NCBI GenBank assembly: GCA_965240325.2
Contig: OZ251254.1
Location: 434,001 to 498,000 of the forward strand
DNA from: Rebecca billardiae RCC1528
Lineage: Eukaryota; Protista; Haptophyta
Reading direction: 5' to 3'
Length of the DNA stretch: 64,000 bases
The notes beneath the pieces were generated by a model, which saw only the letters and a list, made by a program, of their open reading frames with translations, was not told where the DNA came from and ran no database searches. This document shows positions 57,799 through 64,000 of the stretch, piece by piece. The translations under genes and the position numbers were made by a program. How positions within the stretch are numbered: the stretch's first letter is position 1; each line of letters starts with the position of its first letter.

Positions 57799-59742
57799 TG
57801 CGGCGGCGGCGGCTGCGGCGGCGGCGGCGGCGGCTGCAGCGGGCACTCGCACGAGTCGAAGCCGAGCGGCGGCGGCGCGGCGGACGTGGAGTCTCTCGGC
57901 GAGCGCTTCGTCGTCTCCACCACCGCGTCCAAGCTCGCGCAGCCGCCCTTCGCCACGCCGTACTCGCAGACGGACGCAGCGGCGGCCGACGCAGAGCGCG
58001 CGCTGCCCGCGGCGGTGCGGGCCGCGACGTCCGCGCCGCCGGACGCGCTGCGCATCGCGGGCGAGGCGTGCGTGTGGTGGCGGCCAGTGTCGCTGGCGGA
58101 CGCGCTGGCGATCAAGGCCGCGTACCCCACGGCGCGCGTCGTCGTGGGCAACACCGAGGTCGGCATCGAGGCGCGGTTCAAAGGCGCGCAGCCAGCGGTC
58201 GTTCTCGCCACCGCCGCCGTGCCTGAGTGCTGCGGCTGCGCGCTCGTGCCAGCGGCGGCGGCAGGCGGCGGCGCGCGGCTGGAGCTGGGCGCGGCGACGC
58301 CGCTCGCGCGTGTGATGGCGCTCTGCGAGGCGCACCACGCCGACGCCCCCGTCTGCGCCGCCATCGCCGCCATGCTGCGCTGGTTTGCGTCGAATCAGAT
58401 CCGCAACGTCGCGTGCCTCGGCGGCAACCTCGCCACCGCCTCGCCCATCTCCGATATGAACCCGCTCCTCGCCGCGGCGGGGGCGAGCCTCGAGCTCGCG
58501 TCCAAGGCGCGGGGCGTGCGGCTCGTCCAGGTCGCCGACTTCTTCAAGGGTGCGCGCCGCCGCGCGCCGCCGCGCACGCCCGCCCTGCCCGCCTGCCGCC
58601 GGGGGCGCGCCGCGCCGCGCGCCCGAGGCTGGTGGGGTGGCGCGCCGCGCCGCGCCGCGCGCGCTCACGCGCCGCGCCGCGCCCCGCCCGCCGCTTCGCG
58701 GCCGCGCGGGCGCAGGGTACCGGCGCGTGGACCTGGCGGAGGACGAGCTGATCGTGCGCGTGCTCGTGCCCGCGCCGCCGCCGCGTGCCGGCGCCGCCTT
58801 CGAGCTGCTCGAGCCGTTCAAGCAAGCGCGGCGGCGCGAAGACGACATCTCGATCGTCACTGGCACGCTGCGCGCGCGCGTCATCGCCAAGGGCGGCGGC
58901 GGCGGTGGGGAGGGCGGCGGGTGGTACGAGGTGGAGGAGGCGTGCCTCGCGTTCGGCGGCCTCGCGCCCACCACCGTCCTCGCGCCCAAGACCGCCGCCT
59001 CGCTGCTCGGCAAGCCCTTCTCCAGAGAATCTCTCGAGCTCGCCCTGGGCAATCTCGGCGCCGAGATTCGCGTCCCGGACGGCGCCCCCGGCGGCCAGGC
59101 GGAGTTCCGCTCGGCGCTGGCGACGTCGTTCCTGTTCAAGTTCTTCGTGCGCGGCGCGCTCAGGCTGGGCGACGCCGCCAGCGCCGCCGGCGCCTCGCTC
59201 CCGCCGCCGCCGCTCATCGACGCCGCCGACGCCTCCGCCGCGCGCTCGTTTGTCGTGGAGCCCAAGCCGAGCACGCGCGGACAGCAGAGCTTTGCGCTGC
59301 GCGCCGAGGTCGCGCCCGGGCTGGAGGCGGCGGTGCTGCCGGAGCTGCCGGCGCGCGCGGACGGGGCCGCCGCCGGCGCGGCGGCGGTCTCCGCCGGCGG
59401 CGGCGCCGGTGCCGCCGACCGCTCCGTCGGCCGCGAGGGCCAATCCGGGCAGAGCGCGACGCACCGCGCGGGAGTCCTGCACACGACGGGCGAGGCGGTC
59501 TACACGGACGATCTGCCGCGCCCGCCGGGGCTGCTGCACGGCTGGCTGGTCACGTCGGCGCGCGCGGCGGCGCGCGTGCTCTCGATCGACGCCTCCGCCG
59601 CGCGCGCGCACGCCGGCGTCGTCGGCGTCTACTTCCACGCAGACCTGCCGCCGGGCGGGAGCAACGAGCTCGGGCCGGTGCTGCATGACGAGGAGTGCTT
59701 CGCGCAGGAGGTGCGTGTGCGTGTGGGTGTGTGTACGCGTGC

Positions 59743-59809
<67 letters not shown>

Positions 59810-59872
59810 CGTGTGTGTGTGTGTGTGTGCGTGTGTGTGCGTATGTGTGTGTGTGTGTGTGTGTGTGTGCGC

Positions 59873-59921
<49 letters not shown>

Positions 59922-62900
59922 CGTGTGTGCACGCGTGTGCACGCGTGTGTGCGTGAGTGTACGCGTGTGCACGCGTGTGTGCGTGTGTGCGTGTGTGTAC
60001 GCGTGTGCACGCGTGTGTGCGTGAGTGCGCAGCTGTGCGTGTGCCGCGCGGCCGGGGCGCGCACTCGTGCGCCTGCGCCGCCACGCCCTCCGCCGCCCCA
60101 CGCCGGCACACGCGCACACGCACCGCCAGCCCCCGCCCCTACGGCCCCGTCCACCCTGACCTAACCCTAACCCTAACCCTAACCCCTCAACCCTAACCCT
60201 CACCCTGCTCACCGCGCGCAGCTCGTGCACTGCGTGGGGCAGGTCATCGGCATCGCCGTCGCCGAGACGCTCGCCGCCGCCAAGCGCGCCGCCGAGCTCG
60301 TGCGCGTCGAGTACGAGGACTACGACGCGTTCGCGGCGGCGGGGCAGCAGACCGCGGCCGCGGCGGGGCAGCACGCGCAGGCGCCGCAGCCGGCCGCGGC
60401 GGGCGCGGGTGCACCTGCGATCATGTCGATCGAGGAGGCGATTGCGGCCAACTCGTTCTTCGAGATGACGCGGCACAAGCTCGAGTCGGGCGTGCCCGTG
60501 GCGCAGGCGCTGGCAGAGGACGGGCTCGTGACGGTCGAGGGCGAGTTCAGACTGGGCGGGCAGGTACGCGCGCGCGTGCGCGTGCGCGTGTGTGCGCGCG
60601 CGCGCGTGTATATGTGTTGGCGCGCGCGTGGTTGCGCGCGTGTGCGTGCGCGCGCGCGCGCAGCCGCCGCAGCCGCCGACCCTCCCCTACACCGCACACC
60701 CGCGCCACCCTGCCCCCGCGCCCCGCGCAGGAGCACTTCTACCTCGAGCCCAACGCCACGCTCGCGCTGCCGACGGAGGGCGGCGGTCTCGAGCTGCACT
60801 GCTCCACGCAGGCCGTGACCAAGACTCAGGCGTACGCGGCGTCGGTGTGCAACGTGCCGATGCACAAGGTGGTGGTGCGGATGAAGCGGATGGGCGGCGG
60901 CTTCGGCGGGAAGGAGACGCGCACCGCCTTCGCCTCCGCCGCCGCCGCCGTCGCCGCGCACAAGACGAACCGCCCCGTGTCCCTGGTGCTGGAACGGGAT
61001 TACGACATGCAGATTACGGGGCAGCGCCACGCGTTCCTGGCGCGGTACACGGCGGCGGCGCGGCCGCCGCCGCCGGGCGCGCCGCCGGGCACGCCGCCCT
61101 CGCTCGCCGCGCTGGACATCAGTATCTGGTGCAACGGCGGCTGCGCGCTCGACCTCTCCGGCCCCGTGTGTGACCGGTGCGCGCGCGTGTCGCGTGTCGC
61201 GCGCACCCGCAGCGGCGGCACTCGCGCCGCGCTCGACGCGCGCCGCGCCGTGTGCTCCGACTCGGTCGAATCCTCGCGCATGCGTTCATGCATGTCGGTG
61301 TGTGCGTGCTGCTGCTGCTGACGAGTGTGTCCCCGCCGTGCGCGTCTTCCCGCGGGCACCGGTGCGCGCTGCAGCGCCCTCTTTCACGTGGACAACTGCT
61401 ACAAGTGGCCGGCGCTGCGCTGCGAGGGCGTCGTCTGCCGCACGCACCAGGCGCCGCACACGGCCTTCCGCGGGTTCGGCGGCCCACAGGGTGCGCGGCG
61501 CAGCGCGCGCCCGGTAGGGGTAGGGGTAGGGGTAGGGGTAGGCAGGGCGCGCGCGGCACGCCGCCCTGCGCGCGCGCGGCGCCGCAGCCGCAGCCGGAAC
61601 CGTGGCGCCGCCGCGGCGGCGCGCGCTTACGCGCGCCACGCCCGCCCTGCCTGCCCCTGCCCCTACCCCTACCCTACCCCCTAACCCTAACCCGCCCTGC
61701 ACGGCGCGCTCTTGCCCCACGCCCGCGCTGCCTGCCTGCGTGCGCGTGGTGCGGCGCTCCACCACCACTCGCTGTGTGCGCGCGCGCGCAGGCATGATGA
61801 TTGCGGAGCACGTGCTCGACCATCTCGCGGCCGCGAGCGGCGCCGACCCGATCGCGCTGCGCGCCGGCGCGCTCTACGCCGAGAATGACGAAACGCACTT
61901 CGGCCAGGCGCTCGCAGAAGGGACGTGGAACGTGCCGCGCGCGTGGGAGACGCTGCGCGCGTCCGCCGCCGTCGAGGCGCGCCGCGCCGAGCTCGCCGAG
62001 TTCAACAAGGCGCACCGCTGGCGCAAGCGCGGGCTCGCGATGCTCCCGACCAAATTCGGCATCAACTTCACGGCCAAGTTTATGAACCAGGTGTGCAGCG
62101 GGGGCGCACGCGCGCAGGCGCGCGCGGCGTGGCGGCTGGGCGCGGCCGCCGAGGCCGCCGCGCGTGGGCGCAGTGCGCCGCCTCTCGCGCGCGCGCGACC
62201 CCGCACACGTGCCCGCGCGCACACCCTCGCCACCCTCGCCCTCACCACCCGAGCCCAACCCCCCAACCCGAACCCGAACCCCCTAACCCTAACCCTAACC
62301 CTACCTAACCCTAACCCTAACCCTACCTACCACACCACCGCGCCGTGCAGGGCGGTGCGCTCGTGCACGTGTACACGGACGGCACGGTGCTGGTGAGCCA
62401 CGGCGGCACGGAGATGGGGCAGGGGCTGAACACCAAGGTGCAGCAGGTGGTGGCGCACGCGCTCGACGTGCCGCTCGACGCGGTGCACATCGCCGAGACA
62501 GCCTCGGACAAGGTGGGCACACCCGCCGCCCCCGCGCCGCGCCGCCGCCATGCCAGCGCCGCCGCCACCGCGCCGCGCCGCGCCCGCGCGCCCACCGCGC
62601 CGCGCGCGCGCGCGCGCGCGCGCGTGGCTGCTCACGCTGACGCCCGCCGCCGCCCATCCCGCCCACCCCGCCGCGCGCCGCAGGTGCCCAACTCGATGCC
62701 GACGGCCGCGTCCATGTCCACCGACCTCTACGGGATGGCCGCCCTCGACGCGTGCTCGCAGATTCTGAAGCGACTCGCGCCGCTGCGCTCGCGGCTCGGC
62801 GCGGCGGCGTCGCTCGCGCAGCTCGCGAAGGCGGCCAACTTCGAGCGCGTCGACCTGTCCGCGCACGGCTTCTTCGCCGTGGACGACGCGCGCTGCGGCT

Positions 62901-63992
62901 TCAACTGGGACCTCAGCCCGGTGCCGCCCAAGCCCGACGGCACGCCCGACAACTCGAAGCGCGGTGCGCCGCGCGCCGCGCGCCGCGCGCCGCGCCGCGC
63001 TGCGAGCGACCCTACCCTAACCCTAACCCTAACCCTAATCCCCCACCCCTTACCCCTAACCCCCGGCGGCAGGCCTGCCCTTCAACTACTTCACGCAGGG
63101 CGTGGCGTGCGCGGAGGTGGAGCTGGACGTGCTGAGCGGCGACCACTCCGTGCTGCGCGCGGACATGCTGGTCGACGTGGGCAACACGATCAACGCGCAC
63201 CTCGACGTGGGACAGGTGCGGCGGGCGCTGCGGGCGGGCGCGCGGTGCGAGGGGCGCGCGGCCGGCGGGAGGCGGCGCTCGCCCGCGGCCCTTGGGCGTG
63301 CGCGCGCTACGCGAGGGGCGCACGCACGCGGCCCCACCGCCGCCCGCCGCACCCTCACCCCCCTCAACCCGCCCTTTCCCGCCCCCCAGATCGAGGGCGC
63401 GTTCGCGCAGGGCGTCGGCCTCTGCACCATCGAGGAGGTCACCTGGGCAGACTCGGACCACCCGTGGGCCGGGCCGCGCGGCCGACTCTTCACGCGCGGC
63501 CCCGGCGGGTACAAGCTGCCGTCGTTCAACGACGTGCCGCACGACCTGCGCGTGGGGCTGCTGCCGGGCGCGCCGAACAAGTTCGCCGTGCACTCGTCCA
63601 AGGTGCGCGCGACGACGACGCGCGCGCGACGGCGCGGCGCCGGCGCGGCGCGGGGCCATGCGCAAGCTCACAGCTCCGCGCGTGCGCGCGCGCACCGATG
63701 GCGGCCGGCGCCCGCCCGCCGCGCCCGCCCGCGCGCGCGCCCACGCCGAGCGCAGGCGGTTGGCGAGCCGCCGCTGTTCCTCGGCTTCTCCGTCTTCCTC
63801 GCGCTCAAGGACGCCGTGCGCGCCGCGCGCGCCGAGCACGCGGGCACCGACCCGGCGACCGACTGCTTCGAGCTGCGCTCGCCCGCCACTTCGGAGCGGC
63901 TGCGGCTCGCGTGCCTCGATCGGTTCGCGCGCGAGTCGATCCGGCTGAACGGGCACGAGGAGAAGGGGTACCAGCCCAAGGGCAGCTTCTGA
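57106..63992 (+). CDS. XDH: Xanthine dehydrogenase/oxidase, 11 exons: 57106-58549, 58716-59710, 60222-60563, 60731-61176, 61375-61490, 61792-62090, 62351-62512, 62684-62963, 63073-63215, 63390-63602, 63756-63992
   Basis: 2Fe-2S motifs [34 protein letters not shown] motifs [16 protein letters not shown]. Moco motifs [32 protein letters not shown]. The XDH-type Glu and Arg substrate residues are present. Confidence 0.96.
59711..60045. repeat. (GT)n/GTGC microsatellite in XDH intron 2
   Basis: About 300 bp of near-pure GT dinucleotide repeat starting at the donor site. Confidence 0.95.
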
Positions 63993-64000
63993 GCGGGGCG

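Noticed and set aside
1-64000. Hundreds of long overlapping Arg/Ala/Pro-rich ORFs in the supplied track
   Set aside because: Shadow frames caused by very high GC and scarce stop codons. They are antisense or off-frame to recognisable genes.

Overview
Very GC-rich eukaryotic nuclear DNA with spliceosomal GT-AG introns (donor mostly GTGCG), many of them holding telomere-like CCCTAA/CCCTAC tracts. The composition and intron style suggest a haptophyte alga, possibly Pavlovales (inference). There are about 15 protein-coding genes: TPX2-like; a three-domain membrane protein resembling coral skeletal aspartic-acid-rich protein (SAARP/CARP); an orphan ORF with a 696-bp tandem duplication of its 3' end; a secreted vWD protein with six Cys/DxDxD repeats; a thaumatin-like protein; two GT47/exostosin-like proteins; a GCK-III STE20 kinase; a GH43-like beta-propeller; a hybrid histidine kinase; a giant inositol 5-phosphatase; an atypical P450; an F-box/ankyrin protein; POL5/MYBBP1A; and xanthine dehydrogenase. 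Intergenic DNA carries several TIR DNA elements, mostly TA-flanked: an IS630/Tc1-like element and three MITE families, one present twice as an inverted pair bracketing 12.4 kb. The most interesting signals are the SAARP-like/Ca-binding surface-protein locus and the strand-polarised telomere-like repeats in introns. Most of the supplied ORFs are GC-driven shadow frames. All family calls come from motif recognition by eye, not from database searches.
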